A stretch of 64,000 nucleotides of DNA from IMG/VR virus record IMGVR_UViG_3300044624_001054, positions 42,616-106,615 of that record; one strand, given 5' to 3'. Below are positions 17,573 to 27,736 of this stretch, piece after piece. Position 1 is the stretch's first letter; each line of letters begins with the position of its first letter. The translations under genes were made by a program, and so were the position numbers. Source of the stretch: a virus. Below the pieces are notes generated by a model. The model was not told the DNA's origin and did no database searches. It saw only the letters and a program-made list of their open reading frames with translations.

Positions 17573-18576
17573 ATTTTTTCATAAACCAATCTAGTTAATT
17601 CTTCCTGCATGTCAAGATCCTCTCTGGCTCTTGCAATAACATTAGCACGGCCTTGGATTCTTTCACCTAAAACAGTATACCAGGCACCACCGCGCTCAAT
17701 AATTCCAAGCATTTCAGCGGTGTCTACTAGGTCAGCGACACTGTCTACACCTACATGATTCCCTTGGAAGTAAAAATCATACGATCCTGTAATAAACTGT
17801 GGGCCAGTCTTGTTATAGTCAATGGTCCAATTAACTGGTCTTCCAACCTTCTGCTCAATTAACTTATCACCGACAGAAATTTTATCCTTGATTGATGAGG
17901 CTTCTGCTTCACTAGACCACAATTTAATGATAGTACTAGAGAAAAACTTTACAGCCATTCCTCCAGTAGGAATATGGCTAGCGTGCATTGATCCAAATTG
18001 ATTTCTTTGCTGAGAGATAAGTATCAGCAGGGTCTTATCGTTTACATAATTTAACATCTTTACAGCATGGGTCATATCTTTTGCTTCCGCACCAATTTGT
18101 TTAGTATCTTGCAGTTGTTTAAGTTCTGACCCATCTTTTTCAAAGTAGATCGCTGGTAGTAGTGCAGAAATAGAATCTACAACTAGAAGATCTACTCCTG
18201 ACTGAATAAGTTGAGTGCCAATATCAACCATTTCATTAATTGTTTTAGCGGGGGAGTAGATCAAGGATCGTGAGTCTACACCTAACTTTTCTGCCCATTC
18301 TGGAGAGTAGGACTGCTCTGAGTCTATCCAAGCACATAGTTTACCCTCTTTCTGTGCTTGTGCAATAATTTGTAGGCAAAATGATGACTTACCAGCCGAC
18401 TTATTGCCCCAGATAAGTACCTGTCTGCCATAAGCAAGGCCTCCTTTTAACGCTGTGTTCAAGGATAGGCTTGGTGTTTTCTGCTTATGTATTTCTACGT
18501 CAGCGGCGCTTCCTACCATCTTTCTTATTTTTGGGTCTAGCCTGGATAGAACTTCCTCCATCATCATGTCGCTCAT
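17569..18576 (-). CDS. recA: RecA/UvsX-like recombinase
   Basis: GNKSAGKS, WIDSE, VVDSISAL, ISQQR, TGGMAVKFFSS, GAWY. Confidence 0.93.
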   Translation of the reverse strand: MSDMMMEEVLSRLDPKIRKMVGSAADVEIHKQKTPSLSLNTALKGGLAYGRQVLIWGNKSAGKSSFCLQIIAQAQKEGKLCAWIDSEQSYSPEWAEKLGVDSRSLIYSPAKTINEMVDIGTQLIQSGVDLLVVDSISALLPAIYFEKDGSELKQLQDTKQIGAEAKDMTHAVKMLNYVNDKTLLILISQQRNQFGSMHASHIPTGGMAVKFFSSTIIKLWSSEAEASSIKDKISVGDKLIEQKVGRPVNWTIDYNKTGPQFITGSYDFYFQGNHVGVDSVADLVDTAEMLGIIERGGAWYTVLGERIQGRANVIARAREDLDMQEELTRLVYEKI

Positions 18577-18730
18577 TAAAATGATTCTCCAATACTTCCG
18601 CTAATTCTTTTACGCTCTCATGTCTGGAACGTTTTAATGTGTCTATAATTTGTATTATTGCATCTTCATCATGCCCACGAATTACCATAAGTTTTTCTCC
18701 GTCTGAGCCATGAAGAAAGTAAGCCTTCAT
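18500..18730 (-). CDS. hypothetical protein
   Basis: Start probably ATG 18730; 3' end overlaps recA. Confidence 0.55.
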   Translation of the reverse strand: MKAYFLHGSDGEKLMVIRGHDEDAIIQIIDTLKRSRHESVKELAEVLENHFNERHDDGGSSIQARPKNKKDGRKRR

Positions 18731-18734
18731 TATA

Positions 18735-19073
18735 TCATCCACGAACGCCATGCAGCCTTGGGCGATCTTGATTAACAATGGATTTTTTCATAAGAACTTC
18801 ATCTAGAGATGGCAGTTCCCCCGAATAAAGTTTAATACCTTTATATAAATCTAAGGTTCTAATAATAAGATCTGCAATTTCTTCCACCACCGCTTGATCA
18901 CCCTTGTCTTTCCTCAGGGCTTCTAGGATTTCTGTAGCCTCTGAATGGATCATAGCGATCTGCTTTGAGTAAAAGATAAAAAAGTCTTGCTCTTGCATTC
19001 TAGATAGTGGTTCCCAGAATCCTTTTTGCTCTGCGGTATGGTGAAGTCTATCTGCCAATGTATCTAAATTCAT
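18735..19073 (-). CDS. MazG-like NTP pyrophosphohydrolase
   Basis: IHSEATEILEALRK, EEIADLIIRTLD, K...N..RP..HG. Confidence 0.85.
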   Translation of the reverse strand: MNLDTLADRLHHTAEQKGFWEPLSRMQEQDFFIFYSKQIAMIHSEATEILEALRKDKGDQAVVEEIADLIIRTLDLYKGIKLYSGELPSLDEVLMKKSIVNQDRPRLHGVRG

Positions 19074-22000
19074 CTTATAAAACCTTTTAATGTAGTAGCG
19101 CCAGCGGCAGTTTCTCCAAATATTGGGCGGCAATTAGTTCCTGGCTTCATCTTTGCAATTGCCTCTGCATACATAGTGGGAAAAATTACTATGGATATGA
19201 GATCTTTATCTTCGTTGGCGAGAACAGCATTAGCCATCTTGTCGCCCTTCTTAGTCTTTCTAGGTTCCATATCTACAACAAAATATTCTTCTGGACCTAG
19301 AACCATAGTCTTTGCCTTTAGAAATTGTACAAAAGAATTGTTAGAAGAGTCAAGAGAATCTGGGGTAAGGTAAGAAAGAATCCTGTTATCAGATATTAGA
19401 AAGATGTACATCTTACCAGGCTCAATTACTGTGTCCTGATTATGGAAAACTCCAACGCTTCCCGTCTTATCTACAATTTCTACCCTGCTCCAGCCATCGC
19501 CTCGCTTAATAGATTTCACCATACCCATAACAATAAAGGCTCCGCTTTCATCATATTCTTCTAAAGGTCTAAAGTATGACTCTACCCAGCGAGGAATATT
19601 AGTAACAAACTCTGGAATATTAAGGTACTCGTACAGATATTCTCGCTCGTTACCCGACCTGGGATTGTCATCAAATGCCGCAGCACCGATTCTATTAAGC
19701 CCTTCAATCGCCCTGCTATTTACGCCAGATCCCTTTTTACTTGTGAATTCTGTGAATTCTTTATAGGAACTGAATGGCCTTTTAGCAATAATCTTCTTAG
19801 AGATTCCCTCAGACAGGTACTTAATGTTGCCTAGGCCAAATCGAATGGCGTCACCCTCTAGAGTGAAGTCTTCTCCAGACTCATTGATGTGAGGTAGACG
19901 AATCTTAATATTCATTCTCTTAGCCTCAATTAGATAGTCTGTCCTTTTGTCTTTATCTAATTCATTCTTTAGTAGCGAGAACATGAACTCAGTTGGATAG
20001 TACCTCTTTAGCCAAGCCGTCCAATAAGATAGCGTAGAATAGGCAACAGCGTGACTCTTATTAAAGGAGTATCCAGCATGGGCCTCAAACATATGCCAGA
20101 GTTTTTCCGCTGACTCCTTAGAGATGTGCTTAGAAGCGCCAGAAATAAACTTATCCTTGAACTGGTCGAATTCTTTTGCATCCTTCTTCTTTCCAATGAT
20201 CTTACGAACTTTATCTGCTTCTGTCATTGTCATTCCACCAAGATAGACGCAGGCCTGCATAACTTGCTCTTGGTACAGAATACATCCATAGGTATCCTCA
20301 GTAAACTCTTTAAGAATAGGATGTAGATAGGACACCGCCTGACGCCCCTTCTTTCTCTTAATATAATCAGCACCAATAGTATTCATAGCACCAGGACGAA
20401 CCAGCGCATTAGAAGCGGCTAGTTCATTTAGATTACTAACACCCATTTTAATTATAAGGTTTGTGTATGGAGTTGCTTCTGCTTGGAACACACCCTTAGT
20501 AAACCCTGCGCTTAAGTCAGCGTATACCTCTGGATCATCCATAGGAATCTTATTAAGATCAATTTCTATCCCCTTGCGATCCTTGATACTATTAATGGTA
20601 TCTTTTACTACCGTCAAGGTTTTAAGTCCTAGAGCATCGATCTTGATTAGACCAATTTCAGCAGCCTGATCCATATCCACGGCGACCACAGGAATTCTAT
20701 TATCGCTATGGGCATCTTTTCTAGTTTCAATAGGGGCATACGATGAGATATCTGTCTTAGATGTAACGATTCCAGCAGCGTGCAAACCAGTACCACGAAT
20801 TCTGCCACGGAGTTTGTCGGCATACTTTACTACCTCTGGGTACCTCTCTCTGAAATCTTTGGCCCCTGGCGTACGGATAAATTCTTCCCATGTCTCAATA
20901 CCCTTCAATGCTTTATTTACCTCTGAGAGTGGGATGTTAAAGGCTCTAGCAACGTCCCTAACAACACCCTTATCTCTAAAAGTATTAAACGTTGCGATAG
21001 AAGCAACATGCTTATACTCTTCAATTAGATACTCTTTTACTTCTCCACGACGGCGATCTTCATAGTCTGTATCGATATCGGGGAAATCATTTCTGTCTGG
21101 GTTAATGAATCGGAAGAACAATAGATTATGTTCAATAGGGTCCACCTCTGTAATACCTAAAGCATAACAAATTAAACTTCCTGCTGCCGACCCACGCCCA
21201 GGACCAACCAAAATACCTTGTGTCTTAGCCCAATTAATCATGTTTGCAACGACTATAAAGTAAGAGGCAAAGTTCTTCTGCTTAATAATCTCTAACTCTT
21301 CTTTGGCACGATCTAAGTATTCTAATTCAATAAGTTCACGACTTCTAAGACCATCCATAACACGCTGCCTTAATTCTGCGTCGGGGTCTTGATGACTTAC
21401 TGGAAGAAGATCTACGCCAAATTTAATATCATAGGGCTGGATCTTATCACTTATTTCAACACTATTCTCATAGATATCTTCTCGGTCGATTCCTTGGGCA
21501 AGCATTCTATCTTTAACGTCCTGATATCCCATAAGCCAAATATCTAAATCCTTAAATGACATTTGCCTTTCGCCGTAAATGTATTCTAGTCTCTCTAGAA
21601 GATCCTTAATCTTACGGCTTTTATTAAAGTCTGCATCCTTAAGAACCTTAGGGTGAGTGCCCAGGATAAGCATGATTTCTTCTGCAATCCTGTCTTCTGG
21701 GGAAGCGAAATGACAGTCTAGTGTAACTACAGGCTTAATACTCAACCTGTCAGCCAGATTCAAAAGGGAATGATTCAAGGATGCAGGATTGTGCGGCTGA
21801 ATTTCCATATAGAAATCATCACCGTATACGTCTTTAAACCACTTTGCATATTGTACCGCTGCCGCCTCATTGTCATTCTCAATGGCCTTTGAAATCATTC
21901 CATTCATGCAGCCAGAAAGTATAACTAGGTCTGATCCAAACTTTTCTAGCATATCAAAGTCGGTACGCGGCTTAATGAAAAAGCCTTCTTCCCAGGCGTT

Positions 22001-22327
22001 TTCTGATAAACGATTAAGATTGTTTAGGCCGTTATCATTCTTAGCCAAAATGATCAAATGGTTGTAGATCTGATCATCGGGAGTTCTTTCCTTGCGAGAT
22101 CTCTTGTCTAGTCTGTCGGTAGTAAAGTAAGCCTCTAGTCCAAGGATAGGCTTAATGCCATGATCCTTACCAGCCTTTACCATCTCTCTATGTCCGCTTA
22201 GAGTGCCATGATCTGTAACACTAAGGGCAGTCATACCAACCTCTGCTGCCCTTTTGATCAATTCCTCTGGCGACGAGTACCCGTCTAGAAGAGAATAAAA
22301 TGAATGTGAATGATGGTTATGAAACAT
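19070..22327 (-). CDS. dnaE: DNA polymerase III alpha subunit (PHP + Pol C)
   Basis: HSHSFYSLLDG, TDHG, GPGRGSAAGS, PDIDTD, HAAG, KIDALGL, YQEQ, YSFNKSHA. Confidence 0.97.
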   Translation of the reverse strand: MFHNHHSHSFYSLLDGYSSPEELIKRAAEVGMTALSVTDHGTLSGHREMVKAGKDHGIKPILGLEAYFTTDRLDKRSRKERTPDDQIYNHLIILAKNDNGLNNLNRLSENAWEEGFFIKPRTDFDMLEKFGSDLVILSGCMNGMISKAIENDNEAAAVQYAKWFKDVYGDDFYMEIQPHNPASLNHSLLNLADRLSIKPVVTLDCHFASPEDRIAEEIMLILGTHPKVLKDADFNKSRKIKDLLERLEYIYGERQMSFKDLDIWLMGYQDVKDRMLAQGIDREDIYENSVEISDKIQPYDIKFGVDLLPVSHQDPDAELRQRVMDGLRSRELIELEYLDRAKEELEIIKQKNFASYFIVVANMINWAKTQGILVGPGRGSAAGSLICYALGITEVDPIEHNLLFFRFINPDRNDFPDIDTDYEDRRRGEVKEYLIEEYKHVASIATFNTFRDKGVVRDVARAFNIPLSEVNKALKGIETWEEFIRTPGAKDFRERYPEVVKYADKLRGRIRGTGLHAAGIVTSKTDISSYAPIETRKDAHSDNRIPVVAVDMDQAAEIGLIKIDALGLKTLTVVKDTINSIKDRKGIEIDLNKIPMDDPEVYADLSAGFTKGVFQAEATPYTNLIIKMGVSNLNELAASNALVRPGAMNTIGADYIKRKKGRQAVSYLHPILKEFTEDTYGCILYQEQVMQACVYLGGMTMTEADKVRKIIGKKKDAKEFDQFKDKFISGASKHISKESAEKLWHMFEAHAGYSFNKSHAVAYSTLSYWTAWLKRYYPTEFMFSLLKNELDKDKRTDYLIEAKRMNIKIRLPHINESGEDFTLEGDAIRFGLGNIKYLSEGISKKIIAKRPFSSYKEFTEFTSKKGSGVNSRAIEGLNRIGAAAFDDNPRSGNEREYLYEYLNIPEFVTNIPRWVESYFRPLEEYDESGAFIVMGMVKSIKRGDGWSRVEIVDKTGSVGVFHNQDTVIEPGKMYIFLISDNRILSYLTPDSLDSSNNSFVQFLKAKTMVLGPEEYFVVDMEPRKTKKGDKMANAVLANEDKDLISIVIFPTMYAEAIAKMKPGTNCRPIFGETAAGATTLKGFIR

Positions 22328-22342
22328 TTGTCTCCAATAATA

Positions 22343-22385
22343 AGTAGGCAGTAGGAGTATATCCTACTGCCTACTCAACGATCAA
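22343..22385 (-). promoter_or_regulatory. 14-bp inverted repeat (terminator-like) containing promoter TTGATC-N18-TATACT
   Basis: AGTAGGCAGTAGGA-TATAC-TCCTACTGCCTACT between the SSB gene and dnaE. Confidence 0.6.
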
Positions 22386-22391
22386 TATTAT

Positions 22392-23045
22392 TTACCAATC
22401 AACTGATGTGGTTGAACTAGTGTCTACGTCTAGCCCCATGTAGAAGGCTTCCTGATCTGGATATGATACCTGGCGAACTGCTACCTTCTCAAGTTCAAAA
22501 GGCTCAACGCCTGACCAATCAAACTTCTCTGTGTCTGGTGCGAGGGGAATAAGGGTATAACTTGTCTGAGTACCCGTTCCTGAGCGCTTGAGACGCCATT
22601 GAAGGTTGGTAATTGACTGAGTATCACCAGCATACTCAATGAGAATATTCGTGGCTGGAGACTTCTGACCGACGCCCTGAGACCATACAGCAACATACTG
22701 ATCTGTACCGTCATCTACAAGAACATTCGTGTAAAAGCGTAGGCGAGACTTCCATCCAACCTTAGGATCTTTACGGTGCATTTCACAGCCAAAGCATCGA
22801 CCCTCATCGTCTAGGCTACAAAGCCCCTTGCGACGGTAATCCTTTGGGTTAGTATGCTCTGCCACAACAATGGCAAGCCCACGACCCTTATCATAATGCG
22901 GTGAGTCTGGATCTAGTTCATTAACAAAACGAATTTTAACGCTCTGACCATCTTCTAACTTGAGCCAGCGTGCGCGGGAGCCTTCTTCCACTTGGGGGCG
23001 CTCCATCTTACTCTTGATATTCTTCAAACCTGTAATAACTGACAT
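22392..23045 (-). CDS. single-stranded DNA-binding protein (gp32-like)
   Basis: WLKLEDGQSVKIRF, H..C..CxxC, R.G.G..TSY, acidic tail ending DW. Confidence 0.8.
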   Translation of the reverse strand: MSVITGLKNIKSKMERPQVEEGSRARWLKLEDGQSVKIRFVNELDPDSPHYDKGRGLAIVVAEHTNPKDYRRKGLCSLDDEGRCFGCEMHRKDPKVGWKSRLRFYTNVLVDDGTDQYVAVWSQGVGQKSPATNILIEYAGDTQSITNLQWRLKRSGTGTQTSYTLIPLAPDTEKFDWSGVEPFELEKVAVRQVSYPDQEAFYMGLDVDTSSTTSVDW

Positions 23046-23094
23046 GATGTTTCTCCTAAAAGTATTTGACCCTATAAGTGGATCGATGAATATA

Positions 23095-24045
23095 TTATAC
23101 CGCTAATATTAAAGTATTTCCAGAGTATTTATTAAATAAATCCTTCATTTCTTGGTCAGACAAATCCCCTACGTCTTTAGCCTTAGTAAGAGATACTACT
23201 TCTACTATTTTGTTTTTAACTCCACCAACTATTCTTTCCACCATTTTTTTACCAGCGTCGTCTGAGTCTGGACAAACAATTATACTCTTTGCATACTGTT
23301 GTAGCAAATGAATTTGAGTTCTACTTACTGTAGCCCCAAGGGTTGCAACAGCATTAAAACCTGATTGATTTAGACGAATCGCATCAAAAGAGGACTCAAC
23401 TACGATTATCGATGATCTCTTAACTTTATTTAAGTTAAATAGCACCTTGCTCTTAGGTAGTCCAACGCTATTCTTAAATGACTTTCCTTCTACTGATCTC
23501 GCCACAAATCCTAGGCATCTATTAAATTCATCAAATACTGGAACAACGACCATATCTTGCTTGTCTGAGTATCCTAGTTTAAAGTCAATAAACGACTGAT
23601 GGTTAATATTTCTTGAGTAGAAGTATTCTTTAGCCCGTTGGCTTTCTAGTAAATTATTATGAAGTCTGTTGATTGTATCGATATCAAACTCTGGGTGATC
23701 TAAAGAGGTGTCTATTGTTTCAGATACTACGCGCTCAATATCTACTGAATCTCTTTTTGAATGTATTATCCTACTGGCCTCAAAGTAATTTCTATTTGTA
23801 GTCCTCATTACCATGTCGATGATAGAGCCAGATTCGCCACATGAAAAGCAGATAAACATTCCATTGTTCTTATCTACTTCACAAGCGGGAGTATGTATAT
23901 TGTAATGGAATGGACAGAATATAAGGAAGTGTGTGTCAATTTCCCCGCCGACTTTAATATCACAGGATTGTAGAATCGATGCTATTTGTCCCGATGTGTA
24001 GTATTCATCGGAATTAGATTGTTTCCGCTTACCGCTAGATAGCAT
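23095..24045 (-). CDS. dnaG: DNA primase (CHC2 zinc finger + TOPRIM)
   Basis: CPFH..CFSC, VVESSFD, DSDDAG, KDVGD. Confidence 0.92.
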   Translation of the reverse strand: MLSSGKRKQSNSDEYYTSGQIASILQSCDIKVGGEIDTHFLIFCPFHYNIHTPACEVDKNNGMFICFSCGESGSIIDMVMRTTNRNYFEASRIIHSKRDSVDIERVVSETIDTSLDHPEFDIDTINRLHNNLLESQRAKEYFYSRNINHQSFIDFKLGYSDKQDMVVVPVFDEFNRCLGFVARSVEGKSFKNSVGLPKSKVLFNLNKVKRSSIIVVESSFDAIRLNQSGFNAVATLGATVSRTQIHLLQQYAKSIIVCPDSDDAGKKMVERIVGGVKNKIVEVVSLTKAKDVGDLSDQEMKDLFNKYSGNTLILAV

Positions 24046-24284
24046 TGTGCTTTAGACCTTCCAACATATACTCCATATATTGTTAACAAGAATGTGTACT
24101 TATCTTCCTTGTATTCTAGACTAAACGCTGGGTCTATGTCAAGGTGGGGGACATATCCATTTGATCTCATCATATCTACAAGGATAGTTTCATATCTTTC
24201 TCTGACACTAGGAATGGCTGAGTCATCCTCTATGAGGCCATCAATATGAAATTCTTTTATTCTTTTGTGTCCCACAAACGACAT
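23982..24284 (-). CDS. hypothetical protein
   Basis: 100 aa; TATAAT lies 6 nt upstream of the ATG. Confidence 0.7.
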   Translation of the reverse strand: MSFVGHKRIKEFHIDGLIEDDSAIPSVRERYETILVDMMRSNGYVPHLDIDPAFSLEYKEDKYTFLLTIYGVYVGRSKAQCYLAVSGNNLIPMNTTHRDK

Positions 24285-24307
24285 AATTATATTATACCGT
24301 TTGTTAA

Positions 24308-25531
24308 CTATTCAATTGGATCTAATATTTCTTTAAACGTTCCTTTATCAAAGTCTATTTCTAGATAGAAGTCACCCATGTATCCATGACGATTCTTTCT
24401 AAATGCTGCCTCTAGAATATCTGAGTTAGCCTTACGCCCCATACTTAAAACCCAATCAGCATCATATGCAATTTGTCGTGACCATGCAACCTGACCAAGT
24501 TGTGGCACAGATTCTAGATCAGTAGAATCATCTGGAGTTGCTGACGCAATTGCAAGAATTGGTGTCTGCTGAGAGATAGCAAGAAGTTTTAATTCTCTAG
24601 ATAGATTCTTAATCTTTACTGTTTCATTCTGAGAAGTTCCAGCATTATCTGTCATCAACTGCAGGTAGTCCACAATAACAATGTCTGGCTGGTATTGATC
24701 TATCTTAGAGGCAATAAGGTTAGGTGTCATCTCTGCACCAGTATCATTAGAAATAATTTTAAAAGGCTGCTTATTATTCAGAGTTTTATCCGCCCATAGT
24801 TTAAACTCATTGTCATCTACTCTGCCTGCACTAAGTGCGCGATGACTAAAAAATCCATCTCCAATAATTGTAAAGATTCTATTACGAACCTCATACTCAG
24901 TCATTTCAAGGCTGATAACCATAGGCTTGTACCCATGCTTCCAGGCCTGTACTGCAAAGTACAATGCCAGCCAAGACTTTCCGATGGCTGGATAGGCGAG
25001 CAAGATCCCTAACTGACCTTTAGCAATACCCATAGGAAGGCATACGTCAAACGATGTGATATCTGTTTTGATACCCACCTCACCATTCTCCGCAGACTTT
25101 CTTGTCTTCTCAAAATAGGCCAAAGCATTATCTACATCTGTTACATCGATATCTCTAACCTTGGCTCCAATGCGAGCCATCTTTGCAACATCCTTAGAGA
25201 GTTCTTGAAGCGCTTTAGTTGTCTCGTTTTCATTTACCATCTGAGCAGTTCTACGCAAAGAAAGTCTAATAGATTCGTCTAGGTATGCTTGACGCAACTT
25301 ATCCATATGATAAACGGTTGGCCCAGACTCTACTGCATCAAAATCACGGAACCGCGTAGTAATGAGGCTGGCGTCTGGGACCTCTCTAGTTTGATCATAG
25401 TAATCTTTAATGAAGAGCCAAATGTCAGAGCAGTCTTTTATAAGTTCATCAGCATTGCTATCAAACATCACATGAATATCTTTGTTTTTACATACTGATG
25501 AAATAACCTCTATCTCTTCAAGATAGGCCAT
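24308..25531 (-). CDS. dnaB: DnaB-like replicative helicase
   Basis: AYPAIGKS, SLEM, IVDYLQLM, SRELKLLA, YDAD, KNRHG. Confidence 0.95.
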   Translation of the reverse strand: MAYLEEIEVISSVCKNKDIHVMFDSNADELIKDCSDIWLFIKDYYDQTREVPDASLITTRFRDFDAVESGPTVYHMDKLRQAYLDESIRLSLRRTAQMVNENETTKALQELSKDVAKMARIGAKVRDIDVTDVDNALAYFEKTRKSAENGEVGIKTDITSFDVCLPMGIAKGQLGILLAYPAIGKSWLALYFAVQAWKHGYKPMVISLEMTEYEVRNRIFTIIGDGFFSHRALSAGRVDDNEFKLWADKTLNNKQPFKIISNDTGAEMTPNLIASKIDQYQPDIVIVDYLQLMTDNAGTSQNETVKIKNLSRELKLLAISQQTPILAIASATPDDSTDLESVPQLGQVAWSRQIAYDADWVLSMGRKANSDILEAAFRKNRHGYMGDFYLEIDFDKGTFKEILDPIE

Positions 25532-25856
25532 TTAAATACTCCGCTCTTAGTTGACGAGTTTTCTCTCTTGACTCCGCCCTGATTCTATCATCTTTTTCTG
25601 AGGACAGTCTAGATAAATGTATAGTAGAAAAATTATTATAGAACCATGACAAAGAGTGACCCTCACGGCTTGTTTTGAAATAAAAAGTAAGTGTTTTACA
25701 CACTTCATCTCTGCCAAAGTCTTCGACAAGTGAGGACATACCCCACTTTTCCTTATACTTATTTAGGACGGGGCTCTGCCCATACTTTATCCTATATAGA
25801 CCAGAGTAATCTGACAATAATGAATATGCTTCTTTATCGCTTTTACTTGCTGCCAC
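25518..25856 (-). CDS. hypothetical protein (helicase-adjacent)
   Basis: 112 aa coupled to dnaB. Confidence 0.7.
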   Translation of the reverse strand: MAASKSDKEAYSLLSDYSGLYRIKYGQSPVLNKYKEKWGMSSLVEDFGRDEVCKTLTFYFKTSREGHSLSWFYNNFSTIHLSRLSSEKDDRIRAESREKTRQLRAEYLNGLS

Positions 25857-26061
25857 TTAAATCTGCCTCAATCTCTTGAACACGGCGGATAAGTTGCTCT
25901 TCTACAAAATCATAAACTCTGTCCATGGCCTGGGATACCGTTTCGTGATTACGAACATAATCTTCTACCCCAAGATCTACATGAATGTTTTCATAATTTC
26001 CGAGATTTCGTACGAACTTCAATCCCACCTTCACCCTCGTCAGGTTCATCTCCTGGCTCAT
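25843..26061 (-). CDS. hypothetical protein
   Basis: RNLGNYEN motif common in phage small proteins. Confidence 0.7.
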   Translation of the reverse strand: MSQEMNLTRVKVGLKFVRNLGNYENIHVDLGVEDYVRNHETVSQAMDRVYDFVEEQLIRRVQEIEADLSGSK

Positions 26062-26311
26062 CTAATGTCTCCAATCCCGTAGTAAATCCAATTGGATTAC
26101 TTTTCTCTTCTTCTTCATCTCCACCTAAATATCTGGCTAAATCATACCATGCTCTTGCCACCTTGAGCAATCCATCTGAGTCATGCGATTCTTTTGCAAT
26201 GTTTCCTGCACGCATCAATGTCAGCGAGCAGGCTAGCAAGGCGCTTTCTGTAGATATTGTTTCACCGATAAAGTCTATTAACTCATCTTCTTCAGTTTTC
26301 TTTTTAACCAT
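25991..26311 (-). CDS. acidic hypothetical protein
   Basis: Start probably ATG 26311. Confidence 0.55.
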   Translation of the reverse strand: MVKKKTEEDELIDFIGETISTESALLACSLTLMRAGNIAKESHDSDGLLKVARAWYDLARYLGGDEEEEKSNPIGFTTGLETLDEPGDEPDEGEGGIEVRTKSRKL

Positions 26312-26844
26312 TAAAAATCTACCGTCCTCCACACAGGAATATAGTCTCCATTTTCTGTTTGGACGTAGAGAACGTCCCTGCGTCCAAGTCTAGCATCTAC
26401 CTCGTCTTTTGTCACGGTTCTATGGAGTGGAGTTATTGCCCCATCTTTTCTTGGTCGCCCATAATGGACATTTGCAAAATAGTCCTGAATGTCTAAAATG
26501 TCATCTTCATTAAAATAAAATTTACCGTTAGGTCCAGACTGTTGTGGACGTTTAATATTACCCTCTGTAATTGCTATTCTAATTCTTTCTGGGTGGCGGC
26601 TGACCATCTTAGCCACTTCATTAATAAGATATGCTTTCTTAGAGTGTTTTTTCATAGTCTTATATGGATATCTAATCATCTTATCTTGAATAAAGTTCCA
26701 TGTTGTAGCAACGTCTGCGGGTATATTAATATGAAGGATATGATGCAACTCGCCGTTGATAAATATTTTACGGCGGCGTTTAGGGGTTTTTAATACCCCA
26801 TATCTCTTCCCATCAGGTACAGAGTCTCTTTCTTCATTATCCAT
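26311..26844 (-). CDS. HTH (MerR/Xis-like) DNA-binding protein
   Basis: YLINEVAKMVSRHPERIR..GNI..F.EDDI, AT-hook-like GRPRK. Confidence 0.7.
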   Translation of the reverse strand: MDNEERDSVPDGKRYGVLKTPKRRRKIFINGELHHILHINIPADVATTWNFIQDKMIRYPYKTMKKHSKKAYLINEVAKMVSRHPERIRIAITEGNIKRPQQSGPNGKFYFNEDDILDIQDYFANVHYGRPRKDGAITPLHRTVTKDEVDARLGRRDVLYVQTENGDYIPVWRTVDF

Positions 26845-26981
26845 CTTCCAAAGCCTCCATATTTTTCTGGGTATCTAAGCGACCATCTTTTACCACAACG
26901 TAAACAGTATAACTCAACATGTATCTCTGAACCCAAAGTCCTATCCACCATGACTTTGCCGTCACATTTCTTACATAACAT
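26790..26981 (-). CDS. small zinc-ribbon protein
   Basis: CKKCDG..DR..CLRCG. Confidence 0.75.
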   Translation of the reverse strand: MLCKKCDGKVMVDRTLGSEIHVELYCLRCGKRWSLRYPEKYGGFGRWIMKKETLYLMGRDMGY

Positions 26982-27736
26982 TATGCAGTAAATACCTTTC
27001 CATCTACCACACAGGTATAGTCATGAATCTGAATCAACTGGATATGGGGGTAATCATTTACAACATGCGCTACAGCGAATCCTGGCTGCCAATTCTTTCC
27101 AATGGAATAGTCCATTGCATCTTCATCACAAAGATGACCAATTTCATACCCTCTCAATTTTTGTCCGGTGATATGATAGGTTTGGAAGTAGGCTCCCATG
27201 CGGTGCGAATGGCCGCGTACAAGAGAAACGCCCCAATTATTAACATCGTTACGAACAGATTCTCCAGCGTGCTTAGAGATAGACTCGCCGTGATGAGCAT
27301 AGATATCGCCAAATCTTTTAACAGGAGGATCTTGGTATAGGTGCCACTCAAAACCCACCTTAGAGTACTCATAAAGTGAGTCTGGTGTGACTACATCTAA
27401 AAAGGCTGGCGCTTTCTTTGCCAGATAGTCCCCGTGACGAGTCCAGCCATGATTCCCATCATGAAAATGGCAATCAGCCTTGGGGACGATAGCCCTGATA
27501 TCTTGAAGGAATTTTCTAGTTCCATCTACACCTCCATCATTAATTGATACCGACATTTCTGCTGGTTTATCAGCCGCCCAGCGGCTAGTTGAATCAGCAT
27601 CGTCAATGTCGCCAAGTAGATCTACGGCATCTGGCTTAAACCACTTCATTACCTTAAGAAATAATTCTACCTTGCGCGGGTCATGTCGTGGAAAGTGTAC
27701 ATCAGATACCATCATCCACTTAAGATCGTTTGTCAT
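26981..27736 (-). CDS. calcineurin-like metallophosphoesterase
   Basis: SDVH, GDIDD, GNH, HHG, GHSH. Confidence 0.92.
   Translation of the reverse strand: MTNDLKWMMVSDVHFPRHDPRKVELFLKVMKWFKPDAVDLLGDIDDADSTSRWAADKPAEMSVSINDGGVDGTRKFLQDIRAIVPKADCHFHDGNHGWTRHGDYLAKKAPAFLDVVTPDSLYEYSKVGFEWHLYQDPPVKRFGDIYAHHGESISKHAGESVRNDVNNWGVSLVRGHSHRMGAYFQTYHITGQKLRGYEIGHLCDEDAMDYSIGKNWQPGFAVAHVVNDYPHIQLIQIHDYTCVVDGKVFTA

Noticed and set aside
11877-25531. Inteins or introns in terL, recA, dnaE, dnaB
   Set aside because: Lengths are normal, motifs are contiguous, and there are no C...HN-C/S/T splice signatures.
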